Of a stretch of DNA of 49,475 nt, positions 11,174-20,472 are shown piece by piece. The notes below the pieces were generated by a model. That model searched no databases. It was not told the DNA's origin and saw only the letters and a list, made by a program, of their open reading frames with translations. Source of the stretch: an uncultured Flavobacteriales bacterium. GTDB taxonomy: Bacteria > Bacteroidota > Bacteroidia > Flavobacteriales_G > JALEGO01. The first letter of the stretch is position 1. Every line of letters begins with the position of its first letter. The position numbers and the translations under genes were made by a program. Location of the stretch: contig CAZEIM010000005.1 in NCBI GenBank assembly GCA_964512145.1, positions 27,942-77,416 on the forward strand, read 5' to 3'.

Positions 11174-12205
11174 TTATGGTATCTCTTTAAATTCATACGT
11201 CCACTTTTGATCTAAAAATACCTGTATTTTTAGATACCCTAAAGTAGTATCGTTTTGATAAATCGCTTTAAAGTGATGTTTACCAAAAGCACTTTTTTTA
11301 CTGCCATTCCCGGAAACAAAATAATGATTATTTTGAATAGTAAAATACTGAGCATTATGATCGTGCCCAGATATATAGATTAAGTTTTCATATTTTGAAA
11401 AAATACTTAATAATTCACTTTTTACTTTTTTATATCTTGGAAAATAAAGGTCCTGACTAAAATATCGGTGCCCTCCCAAAAAATAAAGTGGAGTGTAAGT
11501 GCCCAATAAACGAACAACGGTTTTCTTTTGACCATGTTTTCCATTCGAAAACAAAGGATGGTGCGCGCAAATAAATACCAGTTCATTATTTTGTTTAGAA
11601 TGAATTAAAATAGAGTCTATTTTTCTATAAAAGTTTCGAATCATGTTCTTTTTAGTCAACCCATCCTCCTTTCCTACTGAATGAAAAATACTTTGTTGAA
11701 GAAACCACTGCAAATCCAAAAAAATTAAGCGAACATTTGAATCTATTAAAACGCTTTCAGGCCCAGGACATGCATTCGTTGGTAAAAAATTCACCTGATT
11801 TTTGTTTCGAACATTCGTAGAGTTTAAATAATTTTCCACATACCTGGATTGCTTTAAAACAGCTTGTTTTCCTCTTATTTTCCCTGCCCTCCAATCATGA
11901 TTTCCGGGAATAAAAAAAGCATTTCCTTTAAAACCATCCAAACATTGTAATTGAGAATGAATTTTTTTTTCGGATACCCTAAATTTTTTAGACTTCTCAT
12001 TCAGTTCCAGTCCTTGGTAGTAAATATTGTCGCCCAAAAATATAATACTGGATAAACTATCCAACATTAATTCTTTATTCAATGTTTTTAATGCATTATT
12101 TTGAATCGTATCTTTTCCGGCATCACCTATAAAATAGAAGGTGTGTTGAGCATAAAAATGAATTGGAAAAATCCACGTTATAAAAAGCAACCTTTTGTTA
12201 ATCAT
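11174..12205 (-). CDS. Secreted calcineurin-like metallophosphoesterase
   Basis: GDAG, GDNIY, GNHDW, HHP and SGHDH motifs; signal-like N-terminus. Confidence 0.88.
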   Translation of the reverse strand: MINKRLLFITWIFPIHFYAQHTFYFIGDAGKDTIQNNALKTLNKELMLDSLSSIIFLGDNIYYQGLELNEKSKKFRVSEKKIHSQLQCLDGFKGNAFFIPGNHDWRAGKIRGKQAVLKQSRYVENYLNSTNVRNKNQVNFLPTNACPGPESVLIDSNVRLIFLDLQWFLQQSIFHSVGKEDGLTKKNMIRNFYRKIDSILIHSKQNNELVFICAHHPLFSNGKHGQKKTVVRLLGTYTPLYFLGGHRYFSQDLYFPRYKKVKSELLSIFSKYENLIYISGHDHNAQYFTIQNNHYFVSGNGSKKSAFGKHHFKAIYQNDTTLGYLKIQVFLDQKWTYEFKEIP

Positions 12206-12225
12206 TACGACTACTTATTGTAAAT

Positions 12226-15200
12226 TTGTATCAAAAGTATTTTAAATTGCTTAAGAAACTCATTTTTTTATTTCAATTCATTTTACTAAATCTTTCGGGT
12301 ATATTTACTCAATGCGAGTTAATACAAAACGGAAATTTTGAGGCAAGTAACACCCTTCCTGCGCCTGGTTTTAGTACTCCAAATCACACCCAATTTCAAT
12401 ACTGGCCAAATGCTTGTGTTTATATAGGAGAAGTAAGTTTAGGAAGTTCTGCGAATTGTTACTCGGGTAGTTGGTCATTAACCGGAGATCATACCACTGG
12501 AAACGGAAACTTTTTAATGGTAGATATAGCTCCAAATACGACCGATATTGATTTTTATGAAACCAATTTCACTAGTCATCCTGGGGCTCAATATCGATTA
12601 AATGTTTGGGCATATAATCCTAATATTACCAATAATTATTTTACTCGATTAGATTTAAAAGTAAATGGGACAAAACAAAACAATGTTTTAACTGTAAATA
12701 ATACACCGGGCTGGAAATACAAAGACTTTATATTCACGGCCGCCTCGGCAAGTACAAATATTAAATTATACAACAATGGAAATCATAATGGTTCTTCCGG
12801 GAAAGATATTGCCATAGACGATGTTTGTGTAGAACCTATCTTCGACTCCATTCGAGTGGTTTTATTAAATCCAAGTACTGGAATTTGCACTGGAGATACC
12901 GCCTTTTTTAGATTTGAATATTTTGGTTTTAATGGTGGCATTTGTTTTCAGATTAACGATGGCGGAGCCCTATCTAACAATACATTTAGCAAAGATGCTA
13001 TTTTTTACTCCATTGTAAACGCAAACAAAAGCATACAATTTACAGCAAACTTTTGTGAGGGGAGAAATTACCAGAAGGTTTTTAATCTTACGGCAGAAAC
13101 TCAAATCCCGGTTCAAATTTCATCCAGTGATATATGCGATGGGGGTATAAACGTTGTTTCCATTAATGGCCCAAACAATGGTAGCTTTTCTTTAATTCCT
13201 CCACTAACCGATGCTGCCATCATTGATCCTGTAAGCGGAGAAATATCAAACTATACCGTTGGAAACTCCTATATTATAGAATATGAAGTAAATAATAACG
13301 GATGTATTGGAATTGGAACGGATACCGTTCAAGTATATTCCCCTGAAAATGCTTCTTTTACTATGCCAAACTTTTGTGAAGGTTCTGCGCAAACCATCCA
13401 AATAAATGGAACTCCCAACGGAATATTTTCATTTTTCACTCATCCAATGGATGGATCTACGATTAATCCCAACAGCGGAATCATCAGTAACTATGTTGCA
13501 GGAACCACGTATTCCGTTCAATATAAAACTACCGGTTTTTGTCCCGATAGTGCTGTTCAACAAGTACAAGTTATTACTAAAGATGTGGCCGATGTTACAG
13601 CTTCCGACTTTTGTTTTGGCACCTCAAATACTATACAAATAAATGGAACTACGGGTGGAGTATTTTCATTCTCCCCTACCCCTTCAGATGGTGCCATAAT
13701 AAATGCTTCTTCGGGAGTTATCTCAAATTATACATCCGGAAGTACATATTCCATACAATATACTACACTGGGTGTATGTCCAGATTCTCAAACATTTAGT
13801 ATATCCGTATTAGATAAAGACATTGCGCTTTTTTCTTCTGCCAACTTTTGTGAAGGAACGCAAAACAACATTCAACTTTTAGGAACAAGTGGAGGTGTAT
13901 TTTCTTTTGTTAATACCCCCTTAGATGGAGCAACCATGAATTCTAATACAGGTATCATATCGAACGGTACAGCTGGAAGTACTTATTCTATTAAATATGT
14001 AACTCCAGGTGTTTGTAAAGACAGTTCTACTCAAAGTGTTATGGTTATTCCTACACAAAACGCAAGTTTTGTGTATAACGACTTTTGTCCCGGAAGCATT
14101 ATTACACCTATTATTACCGGAAATTCAGGTGGAACGTTTTCATTTAACCCAAACCCAAATGACGGAAGTACCATAAATCCAAATAATGGACAAATTTCAA
14201 ATCCAATTGACGGCACATTGTATTTTGTACAATATGCTACCTCAGGACAATGTCCTGATTCTTCTGTAGTTCCGGTTCAGGTTTATAACAGGCCTCAAGC
14301 TCTAATCTACGGAAGCGGTGATTTATGTGATCAACAAAAAGACTCCTTTTATATACAATTAAATGGAATTGCGCCTTTCAATTTTTCATTTACAGATGGA
14401 ACTCTTATTTACACCTATGTAAATTATAATTCGAATCTATTTTCATTTGAAGTGACTCATACAAACCCATTTACAATGATTGATGTTTCGGATAATCAAT
14501 GCTCGGGAATAGTAACCGGAAATACTAGTTTTACCAGTAGTGATTTACAAGTTACATTAGACACAAACGTTGGATGTCCGGGTTTTGAAACTTCTTTTAC
14601 TATTTCATCTGTATTAGGAAATAACCCAACCTGTATTTGGAAATTTAAAGACGGAACACAAATAAATGAATGTAATACCTTTTCTAAAACCTTTTATGAA
14701 GAAGGATGTGAAGATGTGGAAATTATAGTTACAGCAGATTATGGATGTAAAGGCAGTTTCATAAAAAATAATTTGATTTGTGTATTAGAAGCCCCTAAAA
14801 GCTCATTTACCATGTACCCTGAAATTCCTACGTATTTTAATTCTGACATTGAATTGTACAACACTTCGATAAATGCAGAACAAATACAGTGGAACATGGA
14901 TGGAATTGTTCTAAGTACAGGAAACCAAGTATCGTTTGAATTGCCCCAGGATTCTAGCAAATCGTTTCAAATATGTTTACTTTCTGTGTCTAAAGAACAG
15001 TGTAAAGACACTCACTGTATTGATGTAAAAATACAGGATGATTATGTGTTATATGTGCCCAATACATTTACACCGGATGAAAACAACCTAAACGAAGTAT
15101 TTTTACCGGTGGTAACGCAAGCTCCTGAATATTCTTTTACTATATACAACAGATGGGGGACCATTGTTTTTAATACACCAAACACCAAAGAAGGTTGGGA

Positions 15201-15315
15201 TGGCATAGAAAATGGGAAAAAAGTTGAACAAGGCGTGTACACATGGCTCATTGAATTAGTAAACTACAAAGGCATAGCGGTTCGTAAAACCGGAAAAGTA
15301 TTGGTGTTGTATTGA
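12226..15315 (+). CDS. T9SS type B sorting domain (gliding motility-associated C-terminal domain) surface protein with internal repeats; start may be the TTG at 12247
   Basis: Signal peptide; GNFE..DHTTGNG..DIAIDD N-terminal domain; five ~79-aa repeats; PKD-like domains; YVPNTFTP...IYNRWG...GWDG C-terminus. Confidence 0.88.
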   Translation: MYQKYFKLLKKLIFLFQFILLNLSGIFTQCELIQNGNFEASNTLPAPGFSTPNHTQFQYWPNACVYIGEVSLGSSANCYSGSWSLTGDHTTGNGNFLMVDIAPNTTDIDFYETNFTSHPGAQYRLNVWAYNPNITNNYFTRLDLKVNGTKQNNVLTVNNTPGWKYKDFIFTAASASTNIKLYNNGNHNGSSGKDIAIDDVCVEPIFDSIRVVLLNPSTGICTGDTAFFRFEYFGFNGGICFQINDGGALSNNTFSKDAIFYSIVNANKSIQFTANFCEGRNYQKVFNLTAETQIPVQISSSDICDGGINVVSINGPNNGSFSLIPPLTDAAIIDPVSGEISNYTVGNSYIIEYEVNNNGCIGIGTDTVQVYSPENASFTMPNFCEGSAQTIQINGTPNGIFSFFTHPMDGSTINPNSGIISNYVAGTTYSVQYKTTGFCPDSAVQQVQVITKDVADVTASDFCFGTSNTIQINGTTGGVFSFSPTPSDGAIINASSGVISNYTSGSTYSIQYTTLGVCPDSQTFSISVLDKDIALFSSANFCEGTQNNIQLLGTSGGVFSFVNTPLDGATMNSNTGIISNGTAGSTYSIKYVTPGVCKDSSTQSVMVIPTQNASFVYNDFCPGSIITPIITGNSGGTFSFNPNPNDGSTINPNNGQISNPIDGTLYFVQYATSGQCPDSSVVPVQVYNRPQALIYGSGDLCDQQKDSFYIQLNGIAPFNFSFTDGTLIYTYVNYNSNLFSFEVTHTNPFTMIDVSDNQCSGIVTGNTSFTSSDLQVTLDTNVGCPGFETSFTISSVLGNNPTCIWKFKDGTQINECNTFSKTFYEEGCEDVEIIVTADYGCKGSFIKNNLICVLEAPKSSFTMYPEIPTYFNSDIELYNTSINAEQIQWNMDGIVLSTGNQVSFELPQDSSKSFQICLLSVSKEQCKDTHCIDVKIQDDYVLYVPNTFTPDENNLNEVFLPVVTQAPEYSFTIYNRWGTIVFNTPNTKEGWDGIENGKKVEQGVYTWLIELVNYKGIAVRKTGKVLVLY
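13115..14290 (+). repeat. Five tandem ~79-aa Ig-like coding repeats (approximate bounds)
   Basis: Recurring (F/I)C.G....I.G...G.FS..P.DG..IN..SG.ISN...G..Y...Y...G.C.DS pattern in the translation. Confidence 0.8.
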
Positions 15316-15636
15316 AACCACAATCACTGTACAAATTCAAAAAATGGGGAATTTTAAATCAATTTAGAGGTAAAACATAAATTTTACTCTTGTTACAAAT
15401 ACTGTCCTATGAGCTATGTTTGTGAAGATGATGCATAGATTTTTATTTTTAAAAACTTTGCATTAATTTTATTAATTAAAAAAAGAGTCAGGTTGAAAAT
15501 AATGAAAAAAATAAGGCGTAGTAAAGACTATATAAATCTATCAAAATATAGTTGGCTTTATTTGGTTTACTAAGTATATAAGTAAGTTATGGGCAATGCT
15601 AAAATACAGACAGACCAAACATAAAACGACAGACGA

Positions 15637-15727
15637 AATGCCAACCGCACATTCAGGCACATTTGCTTGCCCCAACACACGGACGACCGCTTCGCAAGCA
15701 AAAGAGCCTGAATTTTGCCTACGCCCA
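15637..15727 (+). repeat. GC-rich hairpin element, copy 1
   Basis: AATGCCAACC leader; ATTCAGGC/GCCTGAAT and TTTGCTTGC/GCAAGCAAA complementary arms (15651-15713); CCTACGCCCA tail. Confidence 0.7.
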
Positions 15728-15759
15728 AATACTGCCGAATTTAAACTGATTTAGGATTA

Positions 15760-18207
15760 ATGACAATAGAGGAAATATATTATTCTGAAGAAATAAGTGT
15801 TCGTTCTTTCAACGTCTGTAATGACAATGACTTAAAAGACCTGTCCGCAATTTTAAAACACTATCGTGAAAATAGAACTTTCGAAAATCTTAAAAATTGT
15901 GGAAGAAAATCTAATGAAGAATTGACAGCTTTATGTTTGAAATATACAGATTATGACAATAATCATTTATCTGAACCTTTAGAGCCAGAAAAACAACTAA
16001 TTACGACAATAACTAATTTCACAAGAACCCAAAGAGAAGTAGTAAATAGTTTTATCGAAATAAATTCAAATAACCTTTCAAATAGAAGCAAAAACGCCAT
16101 AACCACGTTCCTAAATGGAAATTTGAAAATTCGAAACATAAGCGAGAAAATTTTAACGAATGATAGATTCAATTTCCAAGACATTAAAAATGTCGGAAAA
16201 AAGACGGTAACGGAGTTAAAAAGTTTTATTGATTCAATAATTGAATTTATTACAAAAGTTGCGGAAGTTGGCAATGAAAATGATTTAGTTGCTCTGCGAA
16301 ACAGATTTTTCATCGAAAAAACATTTTCAATTTCTTCAATCCCTAATGAAATTCTAGAATCACAATCAATTTTTAGCCTAGTTGATTTTCTAATAAGTAA
16401 AGATGCAATCTTTGAAAAAAACGAAAACCTCATTTTCAAAAAAGGCATTAAAATTTATAATGATCAACCAGAACTTACACTAGATGACATAGCAGATGAA
16501 ATAAAAATTTCAAGAGAGAGAGTTAGACAAATACGGAAAGGTATTTTGGAAAATTTATTCAATAACCTGCAATTTGTAAGGAATATTGAAGACGATTTGT
16601 ATCAGAAATACGATATTGACCAAAATCATCACTTTATCAACATTGATGACGATTTAAATAATTTGATAAATACAGTCAATAACACTAATTTTTCTGTTGA
16701 ATTTAACACAATCATAATCTACTCTTACATTTCAGATAAATTTGATCTTATTGGAGAGATTGAAGATGTCTTACAACCCAAAACATTTAATTCTAGAGGT
16801 CGTCATAATTGGGATAATTTTTACTTAGTAAGCAAAGGCCTAACCAATCTTTTTGACTTCAATAATCTCGTTGATGACATAGATAAAAGACTGAATGACA
16901 GAATTGAAGAAACGTATTGGTTCCACTTCAAAAGCTACTTAACCAGTTTTATGAAGGTAGATGATAACTCTTTAATAACATTAATTTTACCTGTTGCTGA
17001 GAAAATTCTTAATAAAGAATTCGATCTCATAATTGACCTTAACGATAATATTATTTTTAAAAGAAATACAGTCAAACAAGTTCCTGAATTTGCAATAGAA
17101 GCATTAGAGAAACTTGGTGTACCTTCAAACATTGAGGCCATCTACAAATTAATTGAAAAAGAATTTCCTGAAATAACTAAAAGCAAAGAAGCATTGAGAG
17201 GGAGTTTACAACGAACACCTGAAATAATATACTTTGGTAGAAGTAGTACATATGGCTTAAAAAAATGGGAAACAGAAAAGGATGGAATCAAAGGTGGAAC
17301 TATTAGAAGCATTGTAATTAAATTCCTAGAGTTAGAATCCGAACCTATTCATATTTCAAAAATATCAAAACACGTATTACAATATCGTCCTGATTCAAAT
17401 GAAAAAAGTATCTACTATAATTTGAAAATGGATGAGTCAAACTCTTTTATTTTCTATAAAGATTCGCACGTTGGATTGATTCAAAAGAATTATGACAAAG
17501 CTTTTGAAAAAATATCTAATGATAAGAGAATTGAAAAAAAATCTTGGGAAGAAAGATATACTGAACTCTCAGGATTTATAGCTGTAAACAATAGATTACC
17601 CTTTTCAAGTGGTTGTCCTGAAAACGAAATCAAACTTTACAGATGGTATAAAATCCAGGTTGGAAAAACAAAAAATGGGAGGATCGAAGAAGAAAAAGGC
17701 AATTTAATAAACGAGATAATTAAAAATTTTGAAAAAGGTGAATCTACTCAAAGGACAAGCACAAATAATATAGGAAGAATAAAAAAGGTAAGTAGTAATT
17801 CTAAATATACATATGAATACCTGACTGAATTTATAAGTATTAATAAGCGGATGCCCGACTCCAGAGATCCAAATGAAAGTCGCCTTTATCAATATTATTA
17901 CAGAAACAAAAAAAATCTCGAAAATATTGATGAATTATCAGTACAAGAAGCGAAGTTATTGGAATTAATAGAGAAATTTGGATCTTCTAAACATCCTAAA
18001 CATACAATTGATGAATTGATGGAATTTATTAAAAGCAATAAGAGAATGCCCGATTCCAGAAAAAATAATGAAAGGGGGCTATATCAGTTTGCTTATAAAC
18101 AAAGAAAGTTGTTCGAAGAAGGAGATCTAGACAAAGTCGAAGTAAACAAATTTGTTGAAATAGCTAAAATAATTCAAAATCACAAGTATGAAAATAAAAG
18201 AAACTAA
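15760..18207 (+). CDS. Multidomain nucleic-acid-binding protein: 2x RNAP alpha-CTD-like, sigma70 region 4, 2x winged-HTH-like, 3x helicase-associated (HA)-like repeats
   Basis: ISVRSFN..LKNCGRKSNEEL and LSNRSKN..IKNVGKKTVTEL; TLDDIADEIKISRERVRQI; ALEKLGVP..TYGLKKWE; SWEERYTEL..F...NNRLP..E.KLYRW and two NKRMPDSR repeats. Confidence 0.75.
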   Translation: MTIEEIYYSEEISVRSFNVCNDNDLKDLSAILKHYRENRTFENLKNCGRKSNEELTALCLKYTDYDNNHLSEPLEPEKQLITTITNFTRTQREVVNSFIEINSNNLSNRSKNAITTFLNGNLKIRNISEKILTNDRFNFQDIKNVGKKTVTELKSFIDSIIEFITKVAEVGNENDLVALRNRFFIEKTFSISSIPNEILESQSIFSLVDFLISKDAIFEKNENLIFKKGIKIYNDQPELTLDDIADEIKISRERVRQIRKGILENLFNNLQFVRNIEDDLYQKYDIDQNHHFINIDDDLNNLINTVNNTNFSVEFNTIIIYSYISDKFDLIGEIEDVLQPKTFNSRGRHNWDNFYLVSKGLTNLFDFNNLVDDIDKRLNDRIEETYWFHFKSYLTSFMKVDDNSLITLILPVAEKILNKEFDLIIDLNDNIIFKRNTVKQVPEFAIEALEKLGVPSNIEAIYKLIEKEFPEITKSKEALRGSLQRTPEIIYFGRSSTYGLKKWETEKDGIKGGTIRSIVIKFLELESEPIHISKISKHVLQYRPDSNEKSIYYNLKMDESNSFIFYKDSHVGLIQKNYDKAFEKISNDKRIEKKSWEERYTELSGFIAVNNRLPFSSGCPENEIKLYRWYKIQVGKTKNGRIEEEKGNLINEIIKNFEKGESTQRTSTNNIGRIKKVSSNSKYTYEYLTEFISINKRMPDSRDPNESRLYQYYYRNKKNLENIDELSVQEAKLLELIEKFGSSKHPKHTIDELMEFIKSNKRMPDSRKNNERGLYQFAYKQRKLFEEGDLDKVEVNKFVEIAKIIQNHKYENKRN

Positions 18208-18370
18208 ATTATTGCAAGAGCAAAGACTAAAAGAAATATCAACGGATAAGGGTGTTGATTATGATTCTTTAAATTCCCTCCTTGAATCTGTTAGAACAAA
18301 AAAGTTGCTGAAAAGAAATAATTATCATCAGCAAAAAATTAATGACGTAATTGAAAAAGCAACAAAATGA
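18188..18370 (+). CDS. Small Dnd-associated protein resembling the DndC C-terminal helical segment
   Basis: 60 aa; overlaps the upstream gene by 20 bp and dndD via ATGA; LKEIS..KGVDYDSL.SLLE..R pattern recalls DndC tails (from memory). Confidence 0.6.
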   Translation: MKIKETKLLQEQRLKEISTDKGVDYDSLNSLLESVRTKKLLKRNNYHQQKINDVIEKATK

Positions 18371-20472
18371 AATTTTCAAACATTGAAATAAATAATTTCA
18401 GGCAATATTACAACTCTGTATATGTTGACCTTGAGACAAATGATGAAAGAAATATCGTCATAATTGGTGGTCGCAATGGTTATGGCAAAACAAATTTTTT
18501 GCTTTCAATCGTTTGGTGTTTATTTGGCGATAAGATTTCACAGATAGATGAGAATTTCAAAAAAGAGATTCAAAAGGAAAAAAACTATTCTTCCTTTATG
18601 CAACAATCTATCAATTGGACAGCAAAAAAAGAAAACAAAACTAAGTTTTTCGTAAGTATTACAATTTCAGATATTGAATTACCAGAATTAAGAGTACTTA
18701 ATTCAAATACAAATTCCATAGTTATAAAAAGAACTTTTGATGTGGCATCAATGAATGAAACACTTTCAATCACTGACGTGACCTCAAACCTTGAAATATT
18801 TGATGATGAAAGTGACAAAGTAAATTTTATTAATGATTATATCATTCCAATTGACGCAGCAAAATTTGTGTTTTTTGATGCCGAAAAGATTGCAGAAATA
18901 GCAAATTTGTCAATTAAAGATGAAGGCAGTTTTATTAATGATGCTCTTGGAAAAATTCTTGGTTTGGATACATATGAAACTTTAATTGAGGACATTGAAT
19001 TTTACATCAATAGTTTGAAAAAAGAAGGAGCATCAAAAAACCTTCAAGAACAAATAATTAATAATGAAAAAGCTATCGAAATATCAGAGGATCAAATAAA
19101 TAAACTTGAAGAAGAAAATGCTGAAAGTCTAAAGAAAATTGATGACTTAAAGAAAGATATTAGAGAATACGATGATGTGATTTTAAAACATAGTAAAAAA
19201 GGCAACTCAACTTTTGATAGAAACGCTATTATAATTGAAATCGACAAGTTAAAGGCTAAAGAGGTTGAGCTTAATGAACGATTTAACGAATTGAGTGAAA
19301 TTATACCGCTTGCTATTCTCACAGGAAAACTAGAAGAAGTAAAAGAACATTTGGAAATTCAAGAAAAAAATGAACTTTCACAAAACTCATCCAAGGAGAA
19401 CTCGGATAAAATTGAAAACTTTATTGAACTTCTTTTCAATAAACCTCCTGAACCAGAGAATTCAACAATGTCTTTAAAGGATAAAATGTTTTACTATGAA
19501 AAGGCACAAACATTAGGATCACAATTATTTAAAGAGAATGGCGAATACACAGAACTTGAATTTGAACACGATCTTAATAATTCTGAAAAGAAGCTAATAG
19601 CAGATGCAATCAACTTGGTTAATACACAATCCAAAGATTTATTTAAAACTACAATTGAAGAATTTAACGAGATAAAAGTAAAACTATCAGATTTAAATAA
19701 AACTCTAAGTAAAGTTGATGCAGATCTTGAAGACGAATTAATTCTTGAGTATTCGTCAAAAAAAGAAACAGCAGATTATAATATTACAGAAAAAAACAGG
19801 CAAATTGGCGAGAATAATCAACAAATCACAAAGCTGAGAAGTGATATAGTAAGACTCAATCAACAATTAGTTACTTTAGTAAAGAAAGTTGATATTAACG
19901 AGCAAAACAAGTTAAAGATTCAAAAGAGTAATCAATATATTGATGTTTTACATCAGTTCCTAGATGAACAAAAGAATAAGCATAAAGATAGCTTAGAAGA
20001 AACAATTCTTTCTGAACTCAAAATCCTTATGCACAAACTGAATAGCGAACCTAATCAAACTAAATTTATTGAAGATGTAAAGGTTACTATACTTGCCTCT
20101 GGACAAGGAATGAAAATCACACTTTTTGACCAAGATGACATTGAGATTAGAAAAGAAAGCCTTTCATCTGGTGAGAAGCAAATTTATATCTCTTGTTTGA
20201 TAAAAGCTATTTTAAAGGAATCAATTAAAAGTCTTCCAATTTTTATTGACACACCTTTAGGAAGACTTGACGAGGAACACAGAGATAGTATTACTAAAAA
20301 ATATTATCCAGCACTTTCTGAACAGGTTGTTTTATTCTCTACAAATAGTGAGATAACACCAAAAAGATTCAAAGAGATTTCAGGAAACATTTCAAAATCG
20401 TATTTATTATTCAATGACGGAGTAAATACAAATTTAAAAAGTGGATATTTTAATACAATAAGCAATGATTAG
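18367..20472 (+). CDS. dndD: DNA sulfur modification protein DndD (SMC/Rad50-like ATPase)
   Basis: Walker A GGRNGYGKT; FFDAEKI; long coiled coil; signature LSSGEKQ; IDTPLGRLD..HR; YYP..S.QVVLFSTNSEI. Confidence 0.88.
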   Translation: MKFSNIEINNFRQYYNSVYVDLETNDERNIVIIGGRNGYGKTNFLLSIVWCLFGDKISQIDENFKKEIQKEKNYSSFMQQSINWTAKKENKTKFFVSITISDIELPELRVLNSNTNSIVIKRTFDVASMNETLSITDVTSNLEIFDDESDKVNFINDYIIPIDAAKFVFFDAEKIAEIANLSIKDEGSFINDALGKILGLDTYETLIEDIEFYINSLKKEGASKNLQEQIINNEKAIEISEDQINKLEEENAESLKKIDDLKKDIREYDDVILKHSKKGNSTFDRNAIIIEIDKLKAKEVELNERFNELSEIIPLAILTGKLEEVKEHLEIQEKNELSQNSSKENSDKIENFIELLFNKPPEPENSTMSLKDKMFYYEKAQTLGSQLFKENGEYTELEFEHDLNNSEKKLIADAINLVNTQSKDLFKTTIEEFNEIKVKLSDLNKTLSKVDADLEDELILEYSSKKETADYNITEKNRQIGENNQQITKLRSDIVRLNQQLVTLVKKVDINEQNKLKIQKSNQYIDVLHQFLDEQKNKHKDSLEETILSELKILMHKLNSEPNQTKFIEDVKVTILASGQGMKITLFDQDDIEIRKESLSSGEKQIYISCLIKAILKESIKSLPIFIDTPLGRLDEEHRDSITKKYYPALSEQVVLFSTNSEITPKRFKEISGNISKSYLLFNDGVNTNLKSGYFNTISND

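Noticed and set aside
15316-15585. tRNA or ncRNA as island integration site
   Set aside because: AT-rich with no cloverleaf or recognisable RNA motif; no direct-repeat att pair seen
15760-18207. True sigma factor or rpoA
   Set aside because: No sigma region 2 and no alpha N-terminal domain; only isolated C-terminal-type modules
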